Origin: Candidatus Goldiibacteriota bacterium
GTDB taxonomy: Bacteria > Oederibacteriota > PGYV01 > DSYL01
Length of the DNA: 64,000 nt
Direction of reading: 5' to 3'
NCBI GenBank assembly: GCA_018000835.1
Contig: JAGNJD010000001.1
Location: 137,889 to 201,888 of the forward strand
The number at the start of each line of letters is the position of its first letter. Position 1 is the stretch's first letter. This document shows, piece after piece, positions 47,998-58,013 of the stretch. Both the position numbers and the translations under genes were made by a program. Under the pieces are notes generated by a model that saw only the letters and a list, made by a program, of their open reading frames with translations, did no database searches and was not told where the DNA came from.

Positions 47998-48666
47998 ATG
48001 AATCCAAAATACAAAAAATTTCTTTTCTGGATTTTTATATTCGGCGTTGCCTTTGGTTTCATTGAAGCATCGGTCGTGGTTTATCTGAGGCAGCTTTATT
48101 ATCCCGGTAATTTTTCCTTTCCCATAAAATTAATTTCGGACAAAACCATGCTTGTTGAATTTTTTCGTGAACTTGCCACTCTGATTCTCATATTTTCTGC
48201 CTCTTACGTTGCAGGCAGAACAAAAATGGAGAGATTTGGTTTTTTTATGTATATATTCGGAATCTGGGACATATTTTATTACGTATTTTTAAAAATCATT
48301 TTAAACTGGCCAGCCTCCATACTTGATTACGACCTTTTATTTTTCATACCGGTTGCATGGGTAGGTCCTGTGCTTGCACCTGTCATTATTTCCATATTAT
48401 TAATAACAGCAGGAATAACCATAATTTATTTTGAAAACAACGATTATAAAATATACAATACAAAATTAACGTGGATGCTTGAAATTACAGGCGGCCTTGT
48501 CGTAATTGTTTCTTTTATTTTGTCAGTCGGCGACGTTTTAAATCAGACGTATCCAAAACACTTTTACTGGTGGTTTTTTTTCCTGGGCGTTTTGATTGCG
48601 CTTGTCCCTTTCATTTATTCCGTTTATAAAACACTCAAAAACCGGAAAAACAAAATCTCACAATAA
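47998..48666 (+). CDS. Polytopic membrane protein, function unknown.
   Basis: About six predicted TM helices; good RBS (AGGAGG) upstream. Confidence 0.4.
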   Translation: MNPKYKKFLFWIFIFGVAFGFIEASVVVYLRQLYYPGNFSFPIKLISDKTMLVEFFRELATLILIFSASYVAGRTKMERFGFFMYIFGIWDIFYYVFLKIILNWPASILDYDLLFFIPVAWVGPVLAPVIISILLITAGITIIYFENNDYKIYNTKLTWMLEITGGLVVIVSFILSVGDVLNQTYPKHFYWWFFFLGVLIALVPFIYSVYKTLKNRKNKISQ

Positions 48667-48972
48667 TTAGCAGTTCAACTTTACAAAACCGTGATTATTA
48701 TCCATATTATATACCTATTTAACGTCGTAGTTTTCAATATTCAATAAGCAATCAACAACCCGCAATTTTTACATCTGAAACTTGCCACTGTCTTTATCTG
48801 CCATTTGACATCCGACACTTTGCATTTTTCAATATCAATCTTTCCATTCTAATTGTCTAATTGATGTCTACCTAATTGAAAACCTCATAAAAACATATAA
48901 ATTGAAAGGAAATATATAAGGCATATATTTCTCCGGACAGTGTTAATTAAATATATTAATTTTAAAAAACAC

Positions 48973-49001
48973 TTGACAAATTATGACAAATCTTGTATAA
49001 T
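48973..49001 (+). promoter_or_regulatory. Consensus sigma70-type promoter TTGACA-N17-TATAAT, embedded in an array of (A/T)TGACA direct repeats.
   Basis: TTGACA 48973-48978, 17-nt spacer, TATAAT 48996-49001. TGACA repeats sit at 48974, 48985, 49005, 49014 and 49025, roughly at helical-turn spacing. Confidence 0.6.
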
Positions 49002-49038
49002 TATGACAGAAATTGACAATATATGACAATTTATGAAA

Positions 49039-49059
49039 TTGTTCCTTTAGAAAGAACAA
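49039..49059 (+). promoter_or_regulatory. Inverted repeat TTGTTCC-N8-GAACAA immediately upstream of the RBS of the lexA-like gene; candidate operator.
   Basis: Perfect 6-bp arms TTGTTC/GAACAA lie between the predicted TSS and the GGAGG at 49070. The half-sites are GTTC/GAAC but in the reverse arrangement to a Cheo box. Confidence 0.4.
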
Positions 49060-49082
49060 AATAACATTCAGGAGGTAAGAAA

Positions 49083-49691
49083 ATGAATGAAGAAATAATG
49101 ACCGTAGAAGATGTTGCTTCTTATCTCAAGTTAGATGTGAGAACTATATATAGGAGGTTAAAGGCAAATGAAATACCGGCGTTTAAAATAGGCGGGCAAT
49201 GGCGTTTTAAAAAGCAGGACATTGACCTGTGGATAAAAAAACGTTATCCGGAAAATAAGCAGGACGTCGTTTCTGTTACAGAGGACGGAATAACGGGCAG
49301 TGAGCAGACAATAAACGTTCCTGTCGTGGGTAAGGTTTCGTGTGGCAGCCCGATGTTCGCAGTTGAAAACATTGAAACCACCATTTCTGTATCAACAAAG
49401 ATTGCAAAGCCGCCTTATAAATATTTTTTATTAAAAGCAAAAGGCGACTCTATGAATCTGGCAGGAATAAATGACGGTAATCTGGTTCTCGTCCGTCAGC
49501 AGCAGACCGCCAGGAATAAAGACATAGTAGTTGCACTTATTGACGACGAAGCAACAATAAAGGAATATAACGTTGCCCGGGATAAAATTATTTTAAAACC
49601 GCTATCTTCAAATCCGGCACACAAGCCGATAATTTTAACAAATGATTTTATTGTCCAGGGTGTTGTCGTATCAACAATCCCTGAAATTTAA
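49083..49691 (+). CDS. LexA-like repressor: HTH_17 (excisionase/MerR-type) DNA-binding domain fused to an S24 (LexA/UmuD) peptidase domain.
   Basis: N-terminus [37 protein letters not shown] (HTH_17). C-terminus [13 protein letters not shown]...[19 protein letters not shown]...IKEYN carries the Ser/Lys dyad context. It sits directly upstream of recA. Confidence 0.65.
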   Translation: MNEEIMTVEDVASYLKLDVRTIYRRLKANEIPAFKIGGQWRFKKQDIDLWIKKRYPENKQDVVSVTEDGITGSEQTINVPVVGKVSCGSPMFAVENIETTISVSTKIAKPPYKYFLLKAKGDSMNLAGINDGNLVLVRQQQTARNKDIVVALIDDEATIKEYNVARDKIILKPLSSNPAHKPIILTNDFIVQGVVVSTIPEI

Positions 49692-49702
49692 GGAGGTATA
49701 AA

Positions 49703-50791
49703 ATGAGTGGTGAAAAGAAAAAGGCATTGGAACTTGCAATCTCACAGATTGAAAAGGAGTTTGGAAAAGGCGCTATCATGAAACTCGGAAAAGCACCGAC
49801 GGCAAGAATTGAGTCAATTACAACAGGGGCACTATCGCTTGACCTTGCATTGGGCGGAGGCGGCGTGCCGCGCGGAAGAGTCATTGAAATTTATGGGCCT
49901 GAGTCATCAGGCAAATCCACACTTGCACTTAACATCATTGCCCAGTGTCAGAAAGCAGGCGGCTCTGCTGCATACGTTGACGCAGAAAACGCTCTTGATG
50001 CCGAGTATGCAAAAAAAATCGGAGTGAATACCGACGAGTTGCTCGTTTCCCAGCCGGATACCGGTGAGCAGGGGCTTGAAATCGTTGAAACCCTTGTGAG
50101 AAGCGGAGCAGTTGATATCATTGTCATTGACTCCGTTGCAGCGCTCGTGCCCAAAGCAGAAATAGAAGGCGATATGGGCGACCAGCATATGGGTTTGCAG
50201 GCACGGTTAATGTCACAGGCACTTAGAAAACTTACAAGCATCATCAGTAAATCAAGAACCGTGGTTATATTTATTAATCAGATAAGGGAAAAAATAGGCG
50301 TGATGTTTGGAAATCCTGAGACGACTCCCGGCGGCAGGGCATTAAAATTTTATGCATCCGTCAGAATAGACATAAGAAGAGTAGAAACAATAAAAGAAGG
50401 AGAAATGATAGTCGGTAACAGGGTAAAGGCAAAAATAGTAAAAAATAAAGTTGCTCCTCCTTTCAGGGAAGCATTGTTTGACATAATTTTTGGCAAAGGT
50501 ATTTTGCGGGAAACAGCAGCACTTGATGCAGCGGTTGATTACGGCATCGTTGAAAAAAGCGGCACCTGGTTTACGTATGGCAGCGGCAAACTCGGTCAGG
50601 GCAGGGATTCGGCAACCAAATTTCTTTCCGATAATCCAAAGATACTGGAAGAAATAGAACAAAAAACGAGAGATAAATTCTTCGGAAAAGAAAAAGAAGA
50701 AGAGAAAAAGGAAGAAAAGGAAATCAACGAAGATAAAAAATCAAATGTCATAAATGCAAAGGATATAAAAGCAAAGGTAATAAATCCGTAA
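49703..50791 (+). CDS. recA: Recombinase RecA.
   Basis: Begins [25 protein letters not shown] and carries Walker [10 protein letters not shown]. Loops L1/L2 are conserved; acidic, low-complexity C-terminal tail. Confidence 0.95.
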   Translation: MSGEKKKALELAISQIEKEFGKGAIMKLGKAPTARIESITTGALSLDLALGGGGVPRGRVIEIYGPESSGKSTLALNIIAQCQKAGGSAAYVDAENALDAEYAKKIGVNTDELLVSQPDTGEQGLEIVETLVRSGAVDIIVIDSVAALVPKAEIEGDMGDQHMGLQARLMSQALRKLTSIISKSRTVVIFINQIREKIGVMFGNPETTPGGRALKFYASVRIDIRRVETIKEGEMIVGNRVKAKIVKNKVAPPFREALFDIIFGKGILRETAALDAAVDYGIVEKSGTWFTYGSGKLGQGRDSATKFLSDNPKILEEIEQKTRDKFFGKEKEEEKKEEKEINEDKKSNVINAKDIKAKVINP

Positions 50792-50974
50792 AGGTTATAA
50801 CACGGGGGCAGAATGCAGGACCGTTCTGCTCCCGTATTAATATGCTAAATTTCAGAATAACCGGTAATAAACAATGGTCAATAATTAAGATAATTAAAAA
50901 TTTAATAAGTTAATTCTTATTAAAACATAATTTTCTTGACAAATATTTCCATTTTTGTTAATTTATCTTTATAA

Positions 50975-50990
50975 GTTAACAATTGTTAAT
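50975..50990 (+). promoter_or_regulatory. Near-perfect palindrome GTTAACAATTGTTAAT upstream of the HTH antitoxin gene; candidate autoregulatory operator.
   Basis: 16-bp dyad downstream of a TTGACA (50936-50941) and ~30 bp upstream of the ATG at 51022. Confidence 0.45.
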
Positions 50991-51021
50991 TTTAATAAAT
51001 AAATTAACACAAAGGATAAAA

Positions 51022-51279
51022 ATGCAAATTAAAAATTATTATTCATTACAAGAAATTGCAAAATTGCTTGGCATAAGCAGGATATCGGTATACAAAAAAG
51101 TAAAAAAGGGGGAAATTGCGGCAGAGAGGATTGGAAGATCTTATGCTGTACCAAAAAAAGAAATTTCGTATATAACCGGTGAAAAACTTCGTAAGGAGGA
51201 TATGAAACAGATTGATAATGCCGTAAAAAAAATAATTGATAACTATGCAGAAGTTTTAATAAAACTTGGTAAAGAATGA
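51022..51279 (+). CDS. HTH_17-type DNA-binding protein, putative antitoxin of the downstream Doc toxin.
   Basis: MQIKNYYSLQEIAKLLGISRISVYKKVKKGEIAAERIGRSYAV; its stop overlaps the start of the doc-like gene (ATGA). Confidence 0.6.
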   Translation: MQIKNYYSLQEIAKLLGISRISVYKKVKKGEIAAERIGRSYAVPKKEISYITGEKLRKEDMKQIDNAVKKIIDNYAEVLIKLGKE

Positions 51280-51689
51280 AAATAAAAATTCTTACCATAA
51301 AAGAAGTTGAGCATATTGCTTTTAGACTGGCAAAAGAATTAATGAAATATAACGAATCCATTCCTGATTATACTACAAGATATCCCAACATACTTGAAAG
51401 TTGTATTGCAACTCCTTTTTCAGGATATTATAACGGGTTAATACAAGAATCGGCTATATTATTTTATCTCATTATAAAAAATCATCCTTTTCAGAATGGT
51501 AATAAAAGAATTGCAATTACAATCCTGTTTACGTTTCTTTATAAAAATAAAAAATGGTTAAAAGTCGGCTTAGATGAATTGTACGATTTTACAATGTGGA
51601 TTGCAAACAGTCCTGCAAAATCAAAAAATGAAGTTGTTAAAGCAATAGAAGAATTTGTAAAAAATAAAATAGTGAATTTGAACCTGTAA
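51276..51689 (+). CDS. doc: Doc (death-on-curing)/Fic-family toxin.
   Basis: Fic/Doc motif HPFQNGNKRIAITIL (HxFx(D/N)GNKR); 137 aa; translationally coupled to the upstream HTH gene. Confidence 0.75.
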   Translation: MKIKILTIKEVEHIAFRLAKELMKYNESIPDYTTRYPNILESCIATPFSGYYNGLIQESAILFYLIIKNHPFQNGNKRIAITILFTFLYKNKKWLKVGLDELYDFTMWIANSPAKSKNEVVKAIEEFVKNKIVNLNL

Positions 51690-51983
51690 ATTTAATTAAA
51701 GCATTAGATAACAAATGGCAAATGTAATGTGCCGGATTGCAGATGAAAATAAAGGCGGGATTTCGTTTACCTGCTTTGCGTAACTTACGCCTTTCCACCC
51801 TCTTTTAATTATATCCGATCTTTTTCCTGCTTTATTTTATTTATCGTAATAAATTATTCAAAAAATACAATCAATCCTTTTATTCTGATTTATGTTTAAC
51901 TCATCAAAAACTTCATAAAATGCTTTGCTGCCATAAATCAGCGTCATTATTCCTTGCAAATTAAAAAATAAATACGTATAATA

Positions 51984-52003
51984 TTTTGACTTTAACGTCA
52001 AAA
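51984..52003 (+). promoter_or_regulatory. Inverted repeat TTTTGAC-N6-GTCAAAA between a TATAAT (51977-51982) and the thiC RBS; candidate repressor operator.
   Basis: Perfect 7-bp arms; lies at the predicted +1 to RBS region of thiC. Confidence 0.4.
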
Positions 52004-52012
52004 GGAGTATTT

Positions 52013-53299
52013 ATGACGCAGTTGGAAGCAGCAAAAAAGGGAATTATAACAGAGGAAATGAAACAGGTGGCACAGCAGGAAAACATAAACGTAAAAGAAC
52101 TCTGCGGACTTGTTGCAAAAGGTGAAGTGGTAATAACTAAAAACAAAAACCGCTCTTTTAAAAAATTAATTGGTATAGGCAGTAGAATGCGCGTTAAGGT
52201 AAACGCAAACATAGGTTCGTCGCAGGACGTGTCGGACGTTACAAACGAACTTATAAAATTAAAAGCATCTATTGACGTCGGGGCAGATACCGTTATGGAT
52301 TTATCAACCGGCGGGGACATAAAAGCAATTAGAAAGGCAATAATAGAAAAATCATCTGTGCCTATTGGAACCGTGCCCATATATGAAACGGCAGTAAATG
52401 CATTAAATAATAAGAAATCAATAGATAAAATTACGGCAGACGAGTTTTTTGCAACCATTGAAGAACATGCAAAAGAAGGCGTTGATTTTATTACTGTGCA
52501 TTGTGGATTAAACCAAAAATCGCTATCGGCACTAATATCCCAGGGCAGATTGCTTGATATAGTAAGCAGGGGCGGTTCAATGCTCGCAGTATGGATAGTG
52601 AAAAATAACATGGAAAACCCGCTTTATGCTGATTTTGACCGGCTGCTTCAGATTGCATATGAATATGATTTAACGTTGTCATTGGGAGATGGCATGAGGC
52701 CCGGTTGTCTTGCCGATGCAACCGATAGGGCGCAGATACAGGAATTAATAACGCTGGGCGAACTTGCAAAAAGGGCCTATGAAAAAAACGTTCAGGTAAT
52801 GATAGAGGGACCCGGCCACGTTCCCCTAAACGAAATTGAGGCAAACATAAAATTACAAAAAAGTTTATGTAAAAATGCACCTTTTTACGTGCTTGGGCCT
52901 ATTGTTACGGACATTGCTCCTGGTTATGACCACATAACGTCTGCAATAGGAGGTGCTCTTGCTGCATATTTTGGAGCCGATTTTTTATGTTATGTAACTT
53001 CAGCAGAACATCTGAAACTTCCGGACATAGAAGAGGTTAAGGAAGGGGTAATAGTAAGCAGGATTGCAGCACACGCAGCAGACATTGCAAGAGGTTATCC
53101 GGGTGCCAGAGACATTGATGACCAGATGGCTCTTGCAAGAAAAAATCTTGACTGGGAAAAACAAATTTCACTTGCTATAAATCCGGACCTTGCAAAAAAA
53201 TTAAGGGAAAAGTGTCCACCTGAAAATAAAGACGTATGTTCCATGTGCGGGGAATTCTGTGCCATAAAAGAACTAAAAAACGTTATAAATAAAATCTAA
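52013..53299 (+). CDS. thiC: Phosphomethylpyrimidine synthase ThiC.
   Basis: MTQLEAAKKGIITEEMK...MRVKVNANIGSS...DTVMDLSTGG... and the C-terminal CSMCGEFCA Fe-S motif. Start placed at ATG 52013 with a GGAG RBS, not the longer ORF. Confidence 0.9.
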   Translation: MTQLEAAKKGIITEEMKQVAQQENINVKELCGLVAKGEVVITKNKNRSFKKLIGIGSRMRVKVNANIGSSQDVSDVTNELIKLKASIDVGADTVMDLSTGGDIKAIRKAIIEKSSVPIGTVPIYETAVNALNNKKSIDKITADEFFATIEEHAKEGVDFITVHCGLNQKSLSALISQGRLLDIVSRGGSMLAVWIVKNNMENPLYADFDRLLQIAYEYDLTLSLGDGMRPGCLADATDRAQIQELITLGELAKRAYEKNVQVMIEGPGHVPLNEIEANIKLQKSLCKNAPFYVLGPIVTDIAPGYDHITSAIGGALAAYFGADFLCYVTSAEHLKLPDIEEVKEGVIVSRIAAHAADIARGYPGARDIDDQMALARKNLDWEKQISLAINPDLAKKLREKCPPENKDVCSMCGEFCAIKELKNVINKI

Positions 53300-53709
53300 T
53301 TTTTATAAATAAGTGATATTGAAATTCCAGCGGCGACATAACTTACAAGCCCCTGTATAATCCACGATACAAGTAAATCCATCGTAAATTTTCCAATGAC
53401 TATCATTGTAATAAGTGGCTGGTGGACTATTATCAGCCATACGATAAATCCCCAGAAAATGCCTTTAAAAATATTTCCGCCAGGTAGTCCGGTATAAATG
53501 ATTGAATAAAAAATAGACATTATTATTCCGGTTCCAGCCGTAATTATCAAAAGTTTATAAAACCATTTCATTGAAATTTTTTCCCTAAAAATGTGACTTA
53601 ATGATGGGTCAGAAATATGTCCGGTATAATTATAAACAATGCTTGAAACGATAAAAAGAATCATTCCTGCTACAATTCCTGAAATTATTATTTTAAATAA
53701 TTTTTCCAT
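53296..53709 (-). CDS. Small integral membrane protein (4 TM), function unknown.
   Basis: Hydropathy only. Confidence 0.35.
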   Translation of the reverse strand: MEKLFKIIISGIVAGMILFIVSSIVYNYTGHISDPSLSHIFREKISMKWFYKLLIITAGTGIIMSIFYSIIYTGLPGGNIFKGIFWGFIVWLIIVHQPLITMIVIGKFTMDLLVSWIIQGLVSYVAAGISISLIYKN

Positions 53710-53944
53710 AAATACCTCCTTTGTTTTTATATTATTATATCAAAATCTTTTATAAAGTAAATAAAAATGATTCCATTACGTAAATTACGATTAAACCGGG
53801 ATGGGGCATATACTGCACTCCTGTCCGAAAAAAATATAGATTTCATATAATTACTTTCAAATTATATGCTTTTATGAAATTTTTAATTGTGCAGGCATTA
53901 ATTATTAATTAAAATGGAAGGTTGATTGTATTTTTTGAGTAATT

Positions 53945-54058
53945 CATTGCAATAAGTTACAGGAAAAAGCAGAAGGATATGCATTACGGCAAGGCACGGG
54001 AATAATGGAAATAAGAGGTGTTTGCGTAAGCCACACAGACCAGGTAAACGAAAACTTG
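53945..54058. repeat. Intergenic repeat family B, copy 2.
   Basis: Blockwise similarity to 22491-22605 (GATATGCATTAC, GGAAATAA, GGTGTTTGCG, CAGGTAAA, AAAACTTG). The flank at 53800-53940 may hold a degenerate remnant of the family-A 3' half. Confidence 0.45.
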
Positions 54059-54197
54059 ATTAATGCAAGTAAACAATTTATAACGAAAAAAATGTAACAA
54101 TCTTTCCATTAAATTAACTGGACAGTAATAATTATACTGCCATGGGTTTTTATGCCATGGCAGTATAACGACAATTTGGATTTAACTCAATTTACTG

Positions 54198-54626
54198 CTA
54201 TTTAATCTTTATTTCTTTTGTCTTTTTGCTTTCCGTTTTTGGAATCTTTATTTCCAAAACCCCATTTTCATATTTAGCATCAATTTTGTCTTCATCAACA
54301 TTGGGAGGAAGCACAAATCTGCGTTCGAAAGAACCAAAGCTTCTTTCATAATAATGATATTTCTTTTCCTTGTCTTCTTCTGTTTTTTCTGATTTTCTCT
54401 CTCCGGAAATTTTTAGAATTCCATCATCAACTTCAATTTTTATCTGGTCCTGCTTCATTCCTGGGATGTCTGCTTTTACCACGTATTTTTCCTTGTCTTC
54501 TTCAATGTCAACTGCCGGAGATAGAATGTCAGTGGATGGAAGAAGGTCTGTGTTAAAAAACGAATCAAAAAAATCAGCAAATACATCTCTTTTTGTCGGG
54601 ACTCCTTCTCTTTTCATGAGTTTCAT
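54198..54626 (-). CDS. Small heat-shock protein (Hsp20/alpha-crystallin family).
   Basis: Alpha-crystallin domain: KEKYVVKADIPGMKQDQIKIEVDDGILKISGER...FERRFVLPPNVDEDKIDAKYENGVLEIKIPK. Start placed at the ATG at 54626, which follows GGAGGTG. Confidence 0.85.
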   Translation of the reverse strand: MKLMKREGVPTKRDVFADFFDSFFNTDLLPSTDILSPAVDIEEDKEKYVVKADIPGMKQDQIKIEVDDGILKISGERKSEKTEEDKEKKYHYYERSFGSFERRFVLPPNVDEDKIDAKYENGVLEIKIPKTESKKTKEIKIK

Positions 54627-55090
54627 ATCAACCACCTCCTTTTTTAATATTGTTGTTTTTTTATTAAGCATAAGGCGTGCCAGGAAAAACAAAAATAAGA
54701 TATGCATTTTTATTTCTTTTGTTAAAATTTGAAACAAGCAGAAGTAAAAAAATGAAACAACATTCATTTATGCGTTTCATAATTATATACAGATATATCA
54801 TTAAAATGCTTAATAAACTTAATGGGAGGATTGTTTCATTTTTTGCAACAAATTTTTTGCTCACTTCAATCAGGTCTTCGTTTACCTGTACTTATCTAAT
54901 AAAATTTAATTTTTAATATTGCAATTTTATTTTTTTATAGTATAATGTGTATAATTAAATATTGGATTTATTAACAATTATGTTAATAATATGTTGATAA
55001 GTTTGTAGATAATATGTTAATAAATAAAAAACTCTTTTATTTATTATATTTTATTGCATATTTAAAATTTTTTATTGTTTATATTGTTTT

Positions 55091-56476
55091 GTGGATAAAG
55101 TAAACATATGGAGAAATTTAAAATTGAAAAATAATGAATTACTGGCAAATGAAATTTCAGATATTTTAAGAAAAGAAGGGGCAGGACTTTCGCTATGGCT
55201 TGATAATTCCATAATCTTATTTGATGAAGAAAAAAAAACGTTGACAATAAGGGTATCTGATTCTTTGCATAAGAAAACTTTAAACGTCAAATATAATAAT
55301 GACATTGTAAAAATAGTAAAAAAACATCTTGGATATCCGGTTTCCTTAAATGTAGAAATCAGAAAAGATGCAGAAGCAATAAAAAACGCTTCACCAAAAA
55401 TTACAATCAAAGAGCAACAGATACAGTTGCCCCTCGAACCAAAGATTAATTATATTCCATCTATTAACAACAGGTTCAGATTTGAAAATTTTATAGTAGG
55501 AGATTCAAATAAATTTGCTCATGCTGCATGCAGGTCTGTTGCAGAAGCACCGGGCCAGACGTATAATCCTCTTTTCATTTATGGCGGCGTAGGACTTGGT
55601 AAAACTCATCTTTTACACGCAATAGGAAACTACGTGTATGACCATTATCCTTCCTTTAAAATAATAATAACTACCGCTGAAAAATTTCTTTATGAAGTCG
55701 TACAAAAGATAAGGGAAAGCAGAATGGATGAATTTAAGGAAAAATATCGCAGTGCTGATTTGTTGCTTGTTGACGATATTGAATTTTTGCAAAAAGGCGA
55801 GGCAGCAAAAGAAGAATTTTTTCATACGTTTAACGAACTATACAATCTTAACAAACAAATTGTTGCTACGTCCGATTCACCACCGCAGGAATTAAAACTT
55901 GAAGAAAGATTAAAATCAAGATTTGGTGCAGGTATTATAGTTGACATACTGCCGCCGAATTTTGAAATGCGCGTTGCAATTCTTAAGCAAAAAGCAAAAG
56001 AATTAAATAAATTTGTTCCTGACAACGTAATAGGCTACATAGCAGAACATGTTGAAAATAACATACGTTATCTCGGCTCTACGCTTTTAACGATGTTTGC
56101 CATTGCATCACAAAACAACGATGAAATAACCATAGAAACTGCAAGGCAGGCAATCAAGACATCAAATCCATCTTTTGATGCAATAAAAAAAATAGGCATT
56201 GATCAGATACAACAAAACGTATCAGAATATTTTGGAATAAAAATACAGGATCTTACTTCCAAAAAAAGACCTGATAATATTTCAAAAGCAAGACAAATAG
56301 CCATGTATATTACAAGGCAATTAACCAATTATTCGCTCGTTCAGATTGGACAGTATTTTGGCGGAAAAGATCATACAACAGTGATGCATGCTATTAATAA
56401 AGTTGAAAAAATATTAAGCACTGACGAAAAATTCAAAAAAACGATTGATGAATTAATTACAAGGATAAAAAAGTAA
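55091..56476 (+). CDS. dnaA: Chromosomal replication initiator DnaA.
   Basis: AAA+ Walker A GGVGLGKTHLL; Walker B LLLVDDIEF; sensor/box VII; the C-terminal DnaA-box-binding HTH (...ISKARQIAMYITRQLTNYSLVQIGQYFGGKDHTTVMHA). The exact start is uncertain: GTG 55091 overlaps a DnaA box, and TTG 55122 is an alternative. Confidence 0.9.
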   Translation: MDKVNIWRNLKLKNNELLANEISDILRKEGAGLSLWLDNSIILFDEEKKTLTIRVSDSLHKKTLNVKYNNDIVKIVKKHLGYPVSLNVEIRKDAEAIKNASPKITIKEQQIQLPLEPKINYIPSINNRFRFENFIVGDSNKFAHAACRSVAEAPGQTYNPLFIYGGVGLGKTHLLHAIGNYVYDHYPSFKIIITTAEKFLYEVVQKIRESRMDEFKEKYRSADLLLVDDIEFLQKGEAAKEEFFHTFNELYNLNKQIVATSDSPPQELKLEERLKSRFGAGIIVDILPPNFEMRVAILKQKAKELNKFVPDNVIGYIAEHVENNIRYLGSTLLTMFAIASQNNDEITIETARQAIKTSNPSFDAIKKIGIDQIQQNVSEYFGIKIQDLTSKKRPDNISKARQIAMYITRQLTNYSLVQIGQYFGGKDHTTVMHAINKVEKILSTDEKFKKTIDELITRIKK

Positions 56477-56893
56477 AATTATGCATTTATTGATGTTTAT
56501 TTTATAGGAAGTGACCTTAAATTTTGAATTGAAAATTGTATTTTAATTATATAAAAATATAATGGAACAATTGATGTATTTAAGGTTTCCTGATATGAAA
56601 CGAACATATGTTCTTTGAAAATTGTTAATAATTATATGAATATTATGCAATTTTAATGTGGATAATTATTTTTCCGATTTTAAATGTGGATAATTGCTGA
56701 TTATTATATTAAAATAATATAATTATTAACATTAAAAAAAATTTTTTTATATTTTATTTTATTATATTTTTTTACTTTTAAACATATTAACAATACAACA
56801 ACAATAACAACAGTTTTATAAATTATTAAATATGTATTTATTGTTATGTGTATAAATTAAAATTAATTAAAAATTTTAATAGGAGGTATTTTT
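56477..56893. promoter_or_regulatory. Putative oriC: dnaA-dnaN intergenic region with DnaA boxes and a very AT-rich unwinding element.
   Basis: TGTGGATAA at 56657-56665 and 56685-56693; nearly pure A/T DNA from ~56700 to 56880. A further box, TGTGGATAA at 55090-55098, lies just upstream of dnaA. Confidence 0.6.
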
Positions 56894-58000
56894 ATGAAAA
56901 TTAAAACGAAGAGGAATGAAATTTTAAATCCGCTTTTGGTAGCACAGTATTTTATTTCACCAACGTCAACTTTACCACTTTTATCAAACATATTGTTTGA
57001 CGTTAAAGAAGATGGAATTTACATTTCTGCAACGGATATGGACATGAGCGTTTGCATTAAATCTAACGTTGATAAAATAGAAGAAACGGGCAAAACTACC
57101 ATTCCCAAAAAGATTATTTCACTTTTAAAAGAAGCCCCAGATTCAGAAATAAAAATAGAATCGGATAAAAATGACAGCATAAAAATTCAATGGAAGGGTG
57201 GATATTGTAAAATTCCAGGTTTGCCAGCAGAGGATTTCCCTTTATTAAAAATTGAAAACAATAAATTATCAAAAGTAAAATTACCACAAAAAATATTAAA
57301 GGAAATAATAAAATATACTTCATTTGCAGCATTAAAAGATTCAACAAAAAGAAATTTGAACGGCGTTTTCATTAAATTTGAAGGCGATAAAATTGAAGCA
57401 GTATCTACGGATGCCCATCGTCTATCATATTACAAAATAACGACAAAAATAGACATAAAAACGCCCTATGAATACATTATTCCTTTAAAGACCATTAATG
57501 AAATTGCAAAAATAATAGAGGATAAAGAAGGCAAAGATATAGAAATAAATTTGTATGAAAAATTGGTTGAATTTAAAATGGATAACATAAACATAATAAC
57601 AAGGGTAATAGATGAAAATTTTCCAAACTATGACCAGGTAATTCCAAAAGATTTCAATACAAAAGGAGTAGTAAAAAAAGCCGACTTTGAGAGTGCTTTA
57701 AAAAGAACGTCAATGATATTAAGCGACAGGACAAGAATAATAACGTTAAAGTTTGATAAAGATAAAATGTTTGTTACTGCTTCCGCACAGGATGAGGGGG
57801 AAGCTTACGAAGAAATAGACATAAAATATGATGCTACTCCCATAGATATTACTTTTAATTCCAATTATCTACTGGATGTTTTAAAAAGCATTGAAACGGA
57901 TGAAATTGAAATTAAGTTAAATAGTTCCACCGATCCAGGCGTTATTTCGTTTGTTGGAAACAATGATTTTGTTTACGTTGTAATGCCAATCAGAAAATAA
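56894..58000 (+). CDS. dnaN: DNA polymerase III beta sliding clamp.
   Basis: 368 aa with three-domain organisation and conserved N-terminal blocks ([25 protein letters not shown]); it sits between dnaA and gyrA. Confidence 0.9.
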   Translation: MKIKTKRNEILNPLLVAQYFISPTSTLPLLSNILFDVKEDGIYISATDMDMSVCIKSNVDKIEETGKTTIPKKIISLLKEAPDSEIKIESDKNDSIKIQWKGGYCKIPGLPAEDFPLLKIENNKLSKVKLPQKILKEIIKYTSFAALKDSTKRNLNGVFIKFEGDKIEAVSTDAHRLSYYKITTKIDIKTPYEYIIPLKTINEIAKIIEDKEGKDIEINLYEKLVEFKMDNINIITRVIDENFPNYDQVIPKDFNTKGVVKKADFESALKRTSMILSDRTRIITLKFDKDKMFVTASAQDEGEAYEEIDIKYDATPIDITFNSNYLLDVLKSIETDEIEIKLNSSTDPGVISFVGNNDFVYVVMPIRK

Positions 58001-58013
58001 ATTTCTAAAAGGG

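Noticed and set aside
51700-52012. Expected TPP riboswitch upstream of thiC.
   Set aside because: No CUGAGA or GGAUAAUGCCAGCG-like elements found on either strand. This is reported as a finding rather than annotated.
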